Below are positions 10,935 to 20,188 of a DNA stretch of 40,202 nt, in pieces; positions within the stretch are counted from its first letter, which is position 1; every line of letters starts with the position of its first letter. Both the position numbers and the translations under genes were made by a program. The DNA is from Acidimicrobiia bacterium. GTDB lineage: Bacteria; Actinomycetota; Acidimicrobiia; Acidimicrobiales; SHLQ01. The stretch spans positions 1 to 40,202 of the forward strand of contig JAOUEE010000002.1 in the NCBI GenBank assembly GCA_029858875.1, in the 5' to 3' direction. Below the pieces are notes generated by a model. That model was not told the origin of the DNA. It saw only the letters and a list, made by a program, of their open reading frames with translations, and did no database searches.

Positions 10935-11245
10935 GCAACACGCTTCGGCGACCCACGCTCCGTGGACCGGCGTCGGCTCCCGGAATCTCGGCGGTTCCTT
11001 CGCTCGGCCTCAGGCGTCGTCGGGAGTGCGGCCCGACACCCGCAGGGCGTGATCGGCGACGGCGGCGAGGTGGGGGGACGGGCGCCGCGAACGTATCGAG
11101 ACACGGCGGCATCGCGGCGAGATCGGCATGGGCCAGCGGCGACGGAACCCCCACGAGCGCCAGGCGATTGCATCTGCCGGTTGCGGCCAGACGAACAAGA
11201 TCTCCGGAACCGAGGACGAGCCGCACGTAGCGGCGGGTCACCGAC

Positions 11246-12313
11246 ATGACTGTGACACGATCGAATCCACGGACGTCGAACGGAGCGGCCCCGGCCATGC
11301 AGGACGACATCGAGAGGGACCCTGTTCGACGGTCTCGGCGAGCCGTCTCCGTGCCCGGGCTGTTCTTGGTCACCGCCCTTGTCATCGTCACCTTCCCGTT
11401 CGCGTTCGCCGCCGCGGTCCTGACCGACCTCGCCGGCCGGGGCCGCCGCCGCCACCGGCGCATCCTGGTCTTCGCCACCGAGGGACTACTGATCGAGTGC
11501 GGTGGCGTGTTGGCGACTGTTGGACTCTGGTTGGCTGCCGGCTTCGGCACCCGCATCCATGGCCCGACGGCTCAGCGATGGCACCACAAGCTCCAACTCT
11601 GGTGGGTGCGGCGACTGGCCGAAGCGGCCCGGCGACACCTGGGACTGCAATTCGAGATCACCGGCGACATGGTGCCGACCGGGCGGATCATCGTCCTGTG
11701 TCGACACGCGTGCATCGCCGACGCGCTGCTCCCGGCGATGCTCTACGGCCTGCTCGAGGATCGGCCGCTGCACTACGTGCTCAAGCGCGATCTCCAGTGG
11801 GGCCCGTGTCTCGACATCGTCGGCAACCGGCTTCCCAACCTGTTCGTCGACCGCTCCGTCCGCCGTCGGAGCCAGCGCCGTGCCATCACCGACCTGGCCG
11901 AGGCCATGGCCGATGACGGGGCACTCATCCTGTTTCCCGAAGGCACGTTCCCCACCCCGGATCGGGTCGACAAGGCCCGCCGACGACTGCTCCAGGCCGA
12001 CCCGGAACGCGCCGAACGCCTCCGTTCCCTCGGCCATGTCCTGCCCCCTCACCCAGGGGGCGCCCTGGCCGCCATGGCCGGTGCACCCGAGGCCGACGTC
12101 CACGTCGTGCGCCACGTCGGGCTCGAGGACGCAGCCACCCTGCGCGCGCTCTACCGTCGGGTCCCCTTCGATGAGCCGATGCGGGTCGATGTCCACCCCA
12201 TTCGACGGATCGACATCCCGGGAGATCCGTCGCAACAGGTCGAATGGCTCGATGAGCAGTGGCTCCAACTCGACAGGTGGGTGGACGAGGTCGGATCGCA
12301 ACGACATGGATGA
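11246..12313 (+). CDS. PlsC-family 1-acyl-sn-glycerol-3-phosphate (lysophospholipid) acyltransferase
   Basis: HxxxxD block (CRHACIADA), FPEGT block and an N-terminal TM helix. The start is uncertain (11246, or ATG at 11297). Confidence 0.8.
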   Translation: MTVTRSNPRTSNGAAPAMQDDIERDPVRRSRRAVSVPGLFLVTALVIVTFPFAFAAAVLTDLAGRGRRRHRRILVFATEGLLIECGGVLATVGLWLAAGFGTRIHGPTAQRWHHKLQLWWVRRLAEAARRHLGLQFEITGDMVPTGRIIVLCRHACIADALLPAMLYGLLEDRPLHYVLKRDLQWGPCLDIVGNRLPNLFVDRSVRRRSQRRAITDLAEAMADDGALILFPEGTFPTPDRVDKARRRLLQADPERAERLRSLGHVLPPHPGGALAAMAGAPEADVHVVRHVGLEDAATLRALYRRVPFDEPMRVDVHPIRRIDIPGDPSQQVEWLDEQWLQLDRWVDEVGSQRHG

Positions 12314-13126
12314 CCTCGTGACGCCGCTCATCGCCGCATCGACCGCGACCGTCCCTCGGTGCGGCCGCGCTGGGTGTCGTCGCACTCATGGTGGTCACCT
12401 GGCTGGTCAGCCTGCCTCTCCGGAACGCCAGCATGGTCGACATCGTTTGGGGTGGCGGGTTCGTGTTGGTGGCCTGGATCTCGTTCGTGGTGGGCGAGGG
12501 CCTCGACAGCGGTCGGGTGTTGCTGACCGCACTCACCACGGTCTGGGGCACGCGACTGGCCTGTACCTGCTGTGGCGCAATGCCGGCAAGGGCGAGGACT
12601 TCCGCTACCGATCGATGCGGCGCCGGCAGGGTCCCGCCTTCCCGATGCGGAGCCTCGTCACCGTCTTCGGCCTCCAGGGCGTGCTCATGTGGGTGGTCTC
12701 GCTGTCGGTTCAGCTCGGATCGACCGCGCCCGAGCCCGACCTGGGGGCGCTGGCCACCGTCGGCTCCGCCGTCTGGTTGGTGGGGTTCGGGTTCGAGTCC
12801 GTCGGCGACTTCCAATTGGCCCGTTTCAAGGCCGATCCCGCCTCGGCCGGCGCGGTGATGGACCGTGGCGGTACACCCGCCACCCGAACTACTTCGGCGA
12901 CTTCTGCGTCTGGTGGGGCCTGTACGTCATCGCGCTGGAAGCCGACGACGCATGGCCGAGCATCGTCGGTCCCATCGTGATGACCATCTTCCTGCTGCGG
13001 ATCTCCGGCGTCGCCCTGCTGGAGCGCAGCCTCAAGAGGCGCCGGCCGGACTACGAGGACTACATCGCCCGGCCCTCGGCGTTCTTCCCGCGGCCACCCG
13101 GTCACCGGCCGGCAGCCGCGACGTGA
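12306..13126 (+). pseudogene. DUF1295 / steroid 5-alpha-reductase-like membrane protein, disrupted by 2-3 frameshifts
   Basis: Family-typical sequence is spread over three frames. Frame 1 (12388-12558) gives ..MVDIVWGGGFVLVAW..TTVWGTRL. Frame 0 (12558-12866) gives GLYLLWRNAGKGEDFRYRSMRRRQG..FQLARFKADPASAGAVMDR. Frame 2 (12866-13126) gives WRYTRHPNYFGDFCVWWGLYV..LLERSL. A possible original ATG at 12306 overlaps the plsC stop (ATGGATGA) in yet another frame. Confidence 0.75.
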
Positions 13127-13138
13127 CACCATCAGGAG

Positions 13139-13912
13139 ATGGTTGACCAGAACGAGCTCGACTTCGCCGTCGAGATCGCCCGCGAGGCCGGCGCCCTCAC
13201 CCGCAGCTGGTTCGAGCGACCCGATCTGACCGTCGAGGTCAAGAGCGACGGGTCGCCGGTGACCGTGGCCGACCGAGCCGCCGAGCAGCTCCTCCGAGAC
13301 CGGATCGTGGCTCGCTTCCCGGACGACGCCATCGTCGGCGAGGAGCAGGCTGATCGCGTGGGCACCTCGGGGCGGACGTGGGTGCTCGATCCCATCGACG
13401 GCACCAAGTCGTTCACCCACGGAGTGCCGCTCTACGCCACGCTCGTGGCCCTCGTCGACCAGGACGGCCCGGCCATCGGGGTCATCGAGATGCCCTCGGT
13501 GTCGGAGACCGTCTGGGCCGGAAGGGATCTCGGCGCGCACCACAACGGCGCCCCCACCCACGTCAGCCCCACCAGCTCGGTCTCGGGCGCCTGGCTGATG
13601 ACCAGCGGTCTGCGGGTCTGGAAGACCGGGGCCATCGACCGCGTCCTCGATGCCGGCGTCCACCTGCGCACCTGGGCCGACGCCTACGGATACGCCCTCG
13701 TGGCCACCGGACGGGCCGACGCCATGGTCGACCCCATCGCCAACTACTGGGACCTGGTCGCCCCCTCCGTCATCATCTCCGAAGCGGGCGGGGTCTTCAC
13801 CGACGTCGTCGGGCACGACGGACCCGACGGCGGTAGTGGCCTGGCCACCGCCGGCCCCATCCACGACGAGCTGCTGGAGCTGTTGGCCGACTGCGCCGAC
13901 CTCCGCAGCTGA
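13139..13912 (+). CDS. inositol-monophosphatase family protein (actinobacterial HisN histidinol-phosphatase-like)
   Basis: The GEE, WVLDPIDGT and WD..A motifs of the IMPase fold are present. 257 aa. Confidence 0.88.
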   Translation: MVDQNELDFAVEIAREAGALTRSWFERPDLTVEVKSDGSPVTVADRAAEQLLRDRIVARFPDDAIVGEEQADRVGTSGRTWVLDPIDGTKSFTHGVPLYATLVALVDQDGPAIGVIEMPSVSETVWAGRDLGAHHNGAPTHVSPTSSVSGAWLMTSGLRVWKTGAIDRVLDAGVHLRTWADAYGYALVATGRADAMVDPIANYWDLVAPSVIISEAGGVFTDVVGHDGPDGGSGLATAGPIHDELLELLADCADLRS

Positions 13913-13947
13913 CACCGCCGGCTCATCGACGCTCGACGTGTCAGCTG
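13906..13947. terminator. candidate bidirectional hairpin (10-bp perfect arms CAGCTGACAC / GTGTCAGCTG)
   Basis: The arms lie at 13906-13915 and 13938-13947. They span the IMPase stop codon and the 45-bp gap to the convergent sigma-factor stop. There is no U-tract. Confidence 0.3.
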
Positions 13948-13957
13948 CAGTGAGTGA

Positions 13958-14851
13958 TCAGCTGAGGGGTACGCCGGTCGGCACGCCGCGGGCGTCGCTC
14001 TCGATCAGATTCACCCGGTCGATGCGGCTCTTCCATCCGCTGTTGGAACGCACGTCTCGGGCGTAGGTCGCCTTCCGACGAGCCACGCGCCCATTGGCGT
14101 CCTCGGGATGGGTCAGCGGGGCCGAGTCGTACTGGGCTTCGATGCCTTCCTTCAGCATGAGCAACGCTTCGGATCGCAGCTGGGAGATGCGGGACTCGGT
14201 GACCCCGAGGAAGTCGGCCAGGTCCTTGCTGGTCCGGCCCTCCAGGAAGTAGCCGACCACCACGACTCGCTGACGCTCGGGCAACAGCGAAATACCGTCT
14301 CGGAGGAAGGCGTGCAGCTCGCGGGTCTCGAGCTCATCGGAGGGCTCGGGGCAGCTGTGGTCGATCAGGACATCGACCAGGGTGAGGTCTTCGTCCTGAT
14401 CGTCGTTGACCTCGTGTTCGAGGGCCAGCACGACCGACTTGAACATGCGGGCCTGGAGCCGATCGATCTCGGACCGGGCCATGCCCAGCTCCTCGGCCAT
14501 CTCGTCGATGTTGGGGACCCGACCGAGCTTGGTGGCCAGACGCTGCTCGGTGGCCTCCAGCTTGCGACCCAGTGTCCGAACCGATCGCGGTGCCCAATCG
14601 GCGGCACGAACCGCATCGAGGATGGCGCCACGGATCCGCTGGGCCGCGAAACGGTCGAAGGGCACACCACGATCCGCGTCGTACCGGCGGGCCGCTTCCA
14701 CCAGCCCCAGCGCGCCGGCTCGGGCCAGCTCATCGCGCTCGACGTGGCGAGGGAAGTGCACCGCTACCTGGAACACGATGTGCTTCACCAGCGGCAGGTG
14801 CTCTTCGATCAGCGCGTTCAGCGTCTGAAGATCTTCGGTCTGTTCACTCAT
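13958..14851 (-). CDS. FliA/WhiG-family (sigma-28 type) RNA polymerase sigma factor with a C-terminal extension
   Basis: Region 2 reads LPLVKHIV..DELARAGALGLVEAARRYD..FDRFAAQRIRGAILDAVR. DWAPRSVR is typical of FliA/WhiG, and region 4.2 reads GVTESRISQLRSEALLMLK. About 55 further residues follow region 4.2. Confidence 0.88.
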   Translation of the reverse strand: MSEQTEDLQTLNALIEEHLPLVKHIVFQVAVHFPRHVERDELARAGALGLVEAARRYDADRGVPFDRFAAQRIRGAILDAVRAADWAPRSVRTLGRKLEATEQRLATKLGRVPNIDEMAEELGMARSEIDRLQARMFKSVVLALEHEVNDDQDEDLTLVDVLIDHSCPEPSDELETRELHAFLRDGISLLPERQRVVVVGYFLEGRTSKDLADFLGVTESRISQLRSEALLMLKEGIEAQYDSAPLTHPEDANGRVARRKATYARDVRSNSGWKSRIDRVNLIESDARGVPTGVPLS

Positions 14852-15079
14852 GGTGGATCGCCCTCACCCAAGTCGAGTCGGTTGTTGGGACCGACGTGTT
14901 TGTGCAACGTTCCGATGTTTCGGCGCGCTGGACGAGAACCTTTAGGAATTTCTTCTTCACCACTCGCGTCACCATTGCTTCGACGCGGTCGGACTCGACC
15001 TTGAGCAAGCCGTCGGTTCAATTCGCGCCGGCCGATCGCCCAGCAGGATCGCGGTCGGACAGGCCCTCCCGCCCAGTCG

Positions 15080-16078
15080 TCAACCGGCGGCGTCGAGTCC
15101 CTCGAACACCTCGGTGGCCAGTCCCCGGGCGCCAAGCTCGGCCAGGAAAGGCGTCGGCTCGACCATCGCCGCCAAGGCGGCCGCCCCGGGTTCGTGGATT
15201 CGTCCGGCGAGCAGCCAGGTGATGGCCAGCGCCGCCACCGTCCCGGCCGCGACCGCAGGTGGATGCACCGCCCCCAAAACCATCGTCGTGCTGACTCCTC
15301 GCCGCACTCCCCGGAGCTCGACTCGAACCGCCCCCGCGCGCCCCTCGGGATGTGGGGACCGCAGCATGGGCACATGCATGGTCAAACGATCCCGACGGGT
15401 AGCCGCCATCCGACTGGTGATTCGCTCGACCTCGGCAAAGCTGCTCTGCAGCAGGAGCGTGTCCGGCAGCGCGCCGGTGTAGCAGTCGTGGGCATCGATC
15501 GGACTGGGGAACCAGCACAGCTCCCGACCAGACCCGCCGGGACGGCGAACCCACGCACCGTCGCGCCAGTCCTCACCCGCGTCCCCGAGGGCGCGATGGC
15601 GTTGTCGGGCGCACGCCGGCCCTCCAGTTCCCATCTTGGCCACGTGGATCTCGAGCAGGGTATCGAAGGATCGTGCGCCGTGCCGGGCCAGCACGCCGGT
15701 GAGCCCGGGCATGAAGCCCGCTCCGACCACCAGGGGCACGCCGCAGGTTCGGGCCCGACTGTCGAGGCGCAACAGGGCCCGCACATCGTCGACATCATCG
15801 GAGACCGACACCACCGGCATCTCGCGAATGAGTGCGTCCCGGGCCAGATCGAGGTGGTGTCCGTACGGAGTGGCCAGCAGCACCGCGTCGGCGTCGGGCG
15901 CCACCCGCTCCGCGCTGTCAGCGGCCACGGCTCCGGGGCCGAGCGAACGAACGACCGCTTCGGCCACGGCCCGGTGGGTATCGCGGACCACCACTTCGTC
16001 CACCGCGGCCGTCGCCAGCAATTGGCGAGCGGCCCGCGCCCCCACGGCCCCCGCCCCAACGATGGCCACCCGAACCAT
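15080..16078 (-). CDS. saccharopine-dehydrogenase-like NAD(P)-binding protein
   Basis: N-terminal VAIVGAGAVGARAA Rossmann motif. The 332 aa length and overall pattern resemble Sacchrp_dh family proteins. Confidence 0.75.
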   Translation of the reverse strand: MVRVAIVGAGAVGARAARQLLATAAVDEVVVRDTHRAVAEAVVRSLGPGAVAADSAERVAPDADAVLLATPYGHHLDLARDALIREMPVVSVSDDVDDVRALLRLDSRARTCGVPLVVGAGFMPGLTGVLARHGARSFDTLLEIHVAKMGTGGPACARQRHRALGDAGEDWRDGAWVRRPGGSGRELCWFPSPIDAHDCYTGALPDTLLLQSSFAEVERITSRMAATRRDRLTMHVPMLRSPHPEGRAGAVRVELRGVRRGVSTTMVLGAVHPPAVAAGTVAALAITWLLAGRIHEPGAAALAAMVEPTPFLAELGARGLATEVFEGLDAAG

Positions 16079-16143
16079 CTACCGACCGCCTCGCGGGCGC
16101 GCCCCGATGGACGATCGACGAGGGCGCACCGGCTCCGACCCTG

Positions 16144-16284
16144 TCAATCCATGTCCGGACCGGAGAGCTCGCGCCAACCACCGCTCTGGGGCGGGATACC
16201 GCCCGATCCACGTAGCCGCAGGAACGCCGCGATGGCGGCCCCCGCGCCCAACGCCAGCGCCGCTCGGCGGATTGCCTGGATCAT
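16144..16284 (-). CDS. small single-TM protein (46 aa), possibly DLW-39-like
   Basis: Within ORF 16144..16365, the start at ATG 16282-16284 has an AAGGGA Shine-Dalgarno-like element about 9 nt upstream. The sequence is MIQAIRRAALALGAGAAIAAFLRLRG...GGWRELSGPD, a TM helix plus a short polar tail. It lies next to tRNA-Ile. Confidence 0.4.
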   Translation of the reverse strand: MIQAIRRAALALGAGAAIAAFLRLRGSGGIPPQSGGWRELSGPDMD

Positions 16285-16376
16285 CGGATGCGTCCCTTCT
16301 CTCGGTCGTCGAACGCGGGTCGACGCCGGTCGCAGCCGTCGGAACCCGGTCCCGACGCTCGTCACGCGGGACCACG

Positions 16377-16450
<74 letters not shown>

Positions 16451-16487
16451 GAGGCCGTTGCACGGTACCGGTGGGCGACGCCCTTCG

Positions 16488-17186
16488 CTACTCGATGGCC
16501 GTATGCTCCACCACGGCTTCAGAGCCCGGTCCCAGCGCCGGATCCACCGGTGCCTCCAGCGCGCCAGCCGCTTCGCCGGCGGGCACGAAGACACGGGCCG
16601 TCTCCTCCTCGATCACGGTGGCCCGCAGCCCACCCGTGAGATCCGAGATCAGGTTGAACAGGACCGCCATGAGCACCGCGAAGCCGGTGAACGCCACCAC
16701 CATGACCAGACCACCGATGGCCGAGGCCTCGAAGATCTTGTTGCCGTCGAACTGGAACTCCTCGAGCGCGAAGAGCTCTTTGATGAACTTCTCGATGTTG
16801 TCCAGCGTGGCGCTCTGCTCGGCGAAGTTCCACATCAGCACACCGGCGATCATGAAGATCACCCAGAGACAGAAGTTGAACAACAGCGCGATCTTGAGCA
16901 CGGACCACGGCTCGATGTGACGGATCAGCCGTCGGACCTTGCGAGCCCGCAGCCGACCGGCCACCCGCCGATCGCGCCAAGTCGGCCGGGGAACCTCATC
17001 GGGCCCGGCCAGCTGGATGATCGGCTCGGTGGCCCCGCCCTGCGACGATGCCTCGGGTTCGGGCGTGGCGCGGAAGAAGTCCTCCAGCTGATGGCCGAAG
17101 TTGTCCTGCGGTCCCGCAGCTTCACTGCCCAGATCGGAGTCGCTCGCCACGGGGGTCGAGTCTACGGTCAAATGACTCACCGACAC
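16488..17186 (-). CDS. DUF3566 domain membrane protein (Rv0007-like, conserved downstream of gyrA in Actinobacteria)
   Basis: A disordered N-terminus is followed by RKVRRLIRHIEPWSVLKIALLFNFCLWVIFMIAGVLMW and a second TM helix. The position between gyrA and tRNA-Ile matches mycobacterial and streptomycete synteny. It uses a GTG start. Confidence 0.85.
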   Translation of the reverse strand: MSVSHLTVDSTPVASDSDLGSEAAGPQDNFGHQLEDFFRATPEPEASSQGGATEPIIQLAGPDEVPRPTWRDRRVAGRLRARKVRRLIRHIEPWSVLKIALLFNFCLWVIFMIAGVLMWNFAEQSATLDNIEKFIKELFALEEFQFDGNKIFEASAIGGLVMVVAFTGFAVLMAVLFNLISDLTGGLRATVIEEETARVFVPAGEAAGALEAPVDPALGPGSEAVVEHTAIE

Positions 17187-17189
17187 GCG

Positions 17190-17531
17190 TCACCCGGCAT
17201 CGACCCACCGCCATGCGACCTCGGCCTCGGCCTCGGCCACTGCGGCACCGAGCTCGACCACCACGGACACGCGCTCGGCCCGGCGTTCGAATCGACGCAG
17301 CTGTGCCCCGTTGCGCGCGGCCAGGTCGGCCGCCGCAGCCCGATCACCGGTGACGCCGGCCAGGGCCGCGGCATCGGCTGCGGTCTGGGCTCGTGCCCGA
17401 TCGCCGGCCGCCGTGGTGGTGCTGACGATCACGGTCGCGGCCACCGCCAGCACCGCCAACGCCAGCACCGTCACCACCATGGCCGCGGCACGGGTGGACC
17501 CCGAACGGTCGGTCGGGCGCGCTCGCTCCAT
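17190..17531 (-). CDS. TadE-like / Rv3654c-family small membrane protein (tentative)
   Basis: A strong SD (AAGGAGAG) lies 6 nt before the ATG at 17529-17531. An N-terminal TM helix is followed by RAQTAADAAALAG...AAAADLAARNGAQL..VSVVVE. This resembles the helicase/secretion-neighbourhood TadE-like family. Its stop is 3 nt from the DUF3566 start. Confidence 0.55.
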   Translation of the reverse strand: MERARPTDRSGSTRAAAMVVTVLALAVLAVAATVIVSTTTAAGDRARAQTAADAAALAGVTGDRAAAADLAARNGAQLRRFERRAERVSVVVELGAAVAEAEAEVAWRWVDAG

Positions 17532-17572
17532 GCCATCTCTCCTTCGTGTTCATCGACAGGAGGGGAAGCGGA

Positions 17573-20158
17573 TCAGTGAGTCAGGTCGTCGTCGCCCTCG
17601 TCGGGCTGGGCATCGGCGTGTGGCTCGACGCCGACCCGGCCACCCTCCTCGGCATCGACCGCCTCGGACTCGTCGTCCTCGTCGTCGTCGGTCAACGAGG
17701 ACAAGACCGGAGCGACGGCGGCCACCTGGTGGCCATCGCTCAGGTTCATGATTCGCACCCCCGTGGCCGCCCGTCCCTGGACCGAGATGTCGGCCACCGA
17801 CATGCGGATGATGGTGCCACCGTCACCGATGACGAAGATCTCGTCCTCGGCGCCGACCATGAACGCCGCCACGACCTCGCCGCGGCCTTCGATGATCTTG
17901 ATCCCTCGGACACCGAGACCGCCTCGCCCCTTCACCGGGTACTGATCCAGCTCGGTGCACTTGCCGTAGCCCTCGGACGTGACGGTGAGGAACGAGGCGT
18001 CGGCCCGGGCAACATCGCAGGCAACCAGCTCGTCGGTCTCCCGGAACCGCATGCCCTTGACGCCGGCCGCGGTGCGACCCATGGCCCGCACGGCATCCTC
18101 GTGGAACCGGATGGTCTGGCCCTTTCGCGACACCAGGAAGATGTCGTCGCCCTCGTTGACCGGGATGACGTCGACCAGCTCGTCTTCGTCTCGCAGCTTG
18201 ATGGCGATGATCCCGGCCTTCAGCGACGAGTCGTATGCGGTGAACAGAGTCTTCTTGACCCGACCCTGTCGGGTGGCGAACACCAGGTACCGGTTGGTCT
18301 CGTAGTCGCGCGTATCGATGATGGCCTCGACGTGCTCCTCGTCCTGGAGGGGCAACAGGTTGGCGATGTGGGTGCCGCGTGCGGTGCGACTGGTCATGGG
18401 CACCTGGTGGGCCTTCAGCCGGTAGACGCGGCCTCGGTTGCTGAAGAACAGCAGATAGGCGTGAGCCGAGGTGTGGATCATGTCCACGACCACGTCCTCG
18501 TCCTTGAGGTTCGCTCCGGCCACGCCTCGGCCTCCACGCGACTGGGTTCGGAACTCGTCCGAGGACACCGTCTTCACGTAGCCGTCGCGGCTCATGGTGA
18601 ACACCAGGTCCTCGTCATCGATGAGGTCTTCGATGTCGAGGTCGCCGGGATCGAACGTGATCTCGGTCTTGCGCGGGGTGGCGAACTCGTCGCGGACCGC
18701 GGCCAGCTCGTCCTTGATCACCGCCCGCAGCTTGGTTTCGTCACCCAGGATGGCCTGGAGCCCGGCGATCGTCTCGAGGAGATCCTGCTGCTCGGCCTCG
18801 AGCTCGGAGCGGCCCAGCCGGGTGAGGCGACCGAGGGTCATGTCGAGGATGTGGTTGGCCTGGTCCTCGGAGAACGAGAAGGGATCGGCCATGAGCCCGT
18901 CACGCGCCGCCGGTCTGTCGTCACTGCCCCGAATGAGGGTGATGATGGCGTCGATCATGTCGAGGGCCCGCAGGAGGCCCTCGACGATGTGCAACCGCTT
19001 CTCGGCCTTGGCCAGGCGGTACTCGGAGCGCCGCCGGATCACCTCGCGCTGGTGATCGACGTAGGCCACCAACATGTCCCGCAGGTTGAGCGTGCGGGGC
19101 ACGCCGTCGACCAGCGCGACGGTGTTGACCGAGAACGTGGTCTGGAGCGGCGTCCGCTTGAAGAGGTTGTTGAGGATCACCAGTGCCGGCGCGTCGCGCT
19201 TGAGACGGATCTCGAGGTGGGTCTTCCCCTTGGCCGAGAAGTCGTCGGCTCCGGAGATGCCTTCGATCTCGCGGTTGTCGACCAGCTCCTTGATCTTGAC
19301 CAACACCTGGTTGGGACTGACCTGGTACGGCAGCTCGGTGATGCGGATCCGGGGGGTCGTGCCGTCTTCGTCGATCTCGGCCCGGGCCCGCATCTTGATC
19401 GAACCACGACCGGTTCGGTAGGCGTCGAGCATGCCGGCTCGACCCATGATGGTGGCGCCGGTCGGGAAGTCGGGCCCCTTGACGAACATCATGAGGTCGT
19501 CGGGGGTGGCGTCGGGGTTGTCGAGGAGATGGTTGACGGCGTCGATGGCCTCGCCCAGGTTGTGGGGCGCGATGTTGGTGGCCATGCCCACGGCGATGCC
19601 CTGGCTGCCGTTGACGAGGAGGTTCGGGAAGCGGGCTGGCAGCACCATCGGTTCCTGGAACTCGCCCGAGTAGTTGTCGGCGAAATCGACGGTGTCCTCG
19701 TCGATGTCGGCCAGCATCTGCATGGCGATGGCACTCAGCCGGCACTCCGTGTAGCGCTCGGCGGCCGGGCTGTCGTCGGGGCTGTACCCGAAGTTGCCCT
19801 TCGGGTGGATCAACGGATGGCGCAGGCTGAACGGCTGACCCATGCGGACCATGGCGGCGTAGATGGCCAGGTTGCCGTGGGGGTGGTACTTGCCCATCAC
19901 CTCACCGGTGACCCGAGCGCACTTGATGGTGGGTCGGGTGGGCAGGGCCCGCAGGTCGTACATCCCCCAGAGGATCCGGCGGTGGACGGGCTTGAGCCCG
20001 TCGCGGGCGTCGGGCAGGGCCCGCGACACGATGACGGACATCGCGTAGTCGAGGAAGGAGCGTTCCATCTCCTCCTGGATCTCGATGGGCTCGATGGAAC
20101 CGAAGTCGGTTCCGGTGCCTTCATCGCCGTTGTCGTCGGGCGGCACGGTGTCGCTCAT
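17573..20158 (-). CDS. gyrA: DNA gyrase subunit A
   Basis: 861 aa. Contains [23 protein letters not shown], the active-site Tyr context AAERYTE, the QRDR-like GKYHPHGN motif, C-terminal beta-pinwheel repeats and an acidic tail. Confidence 0.98.
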   Translation of the reverse strand: MSDTVPPDDNGDEGTGTDFGSIEPIEIQEEMERSFLDYAMSVIVSRALPDARDGLKPVHRRILWGMYDLRALPTRPTIKCARVTGEVMGKYHPHGNLAIYAAMVRMGQPFSLRHPLIHPKGNFGYSPDDSPAAERYTECRLSAIAMQMLADIDEDTVDFADNYSGEFQEPMVLPARFPNLLVNGSQGIAVGMATNIAPHNLGEAIDAVNHLLDNPDATPDDLMMFVKGPDFPTGATIMGRAGMLDAYRTGRGSIKMRARAEIDEDGTTPRIRITELPYQVSPNQVLVKIKELVDNREIEGISGADDFSAKGKTHLEIRLKRDAPALVILNNLFKRTPLQTTFSVNTVALVDGVPRTLNLRDMLVAYVDHQREVIRRRSEYRLAKAEKRLHIVEGLLRALDMIDAIITLIRGSDDRPAARDGLMADPFSFSEDQANHILDMTLGRLTRLGRSELEAEQQDLLETIAGLQAILGDETKLRAVIKDELAAVRDEFATPRKTEITFDPGDLDIEDLIDDEDLVFTMSRDGYVKTVSSDEFRTQSRGGRGVAGANLKDEDVVVDMIHTSAHAYLLFFSNRGRVYRLKAHQVPMTSRTARGTHIANLLPLQDEEHVEAIIDTRDYETNRYLVFATRQGRVKKTLFTAYDSSLKAGIIAIKLRDEDELVDVIPVNEGDDIFLVSRKGQTIRFHEDAVRAMGRTAAGVKGMRFRETDELVACDVARADASFLTVTSEGYGKCTELDQYPVKGRGGLGVRGIKIIEGRGEVVAAFMVGAEDEIFVIGDGGTIIRMSVADISVQGRAATGVRIMNLSDGHQVAAVAPVLSSLTDDDEDDESEAVDAEEGGRVGVEPHADAQPDEGDDDLTH

Positions 20159-20188
20159 GGGGCCTTTCGGTACTGGCTGATCGCGCGA

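Noticed and set aside
10935-11245. Possible cobalamin riboswitch in the 310-bp divergent spacer upstream of the B12-dependent mutase
   Set aside because: The minus strand has a loosely similar GAAGGAACCGCCGAGATTCCGGG segment, but I could not find the conserved B12 box (GCCACTG-like core). B12 riboswitches also normally control transport, biosynthesis or B12-independent isozymes rather than B12-dependent mutases. A covariance-model scan would settle it.
12540-12880. Programmed ribosomal frameshifting as an explanation for the DUF1295 frame changes
   Set aside because: There is no slippery heptamer or downstream structure at either site, and two or three independent shifts in one small gene fit decay or sequence error far better.
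16348-16373. Hairpin GGTCCCG-N12-CGGGACC just downstream of tRNA-Ile
   Set aside because: The stem is short with a long loop and no U-tract. It could be a processing or terminator element, but the evidence is too weak to annotate.
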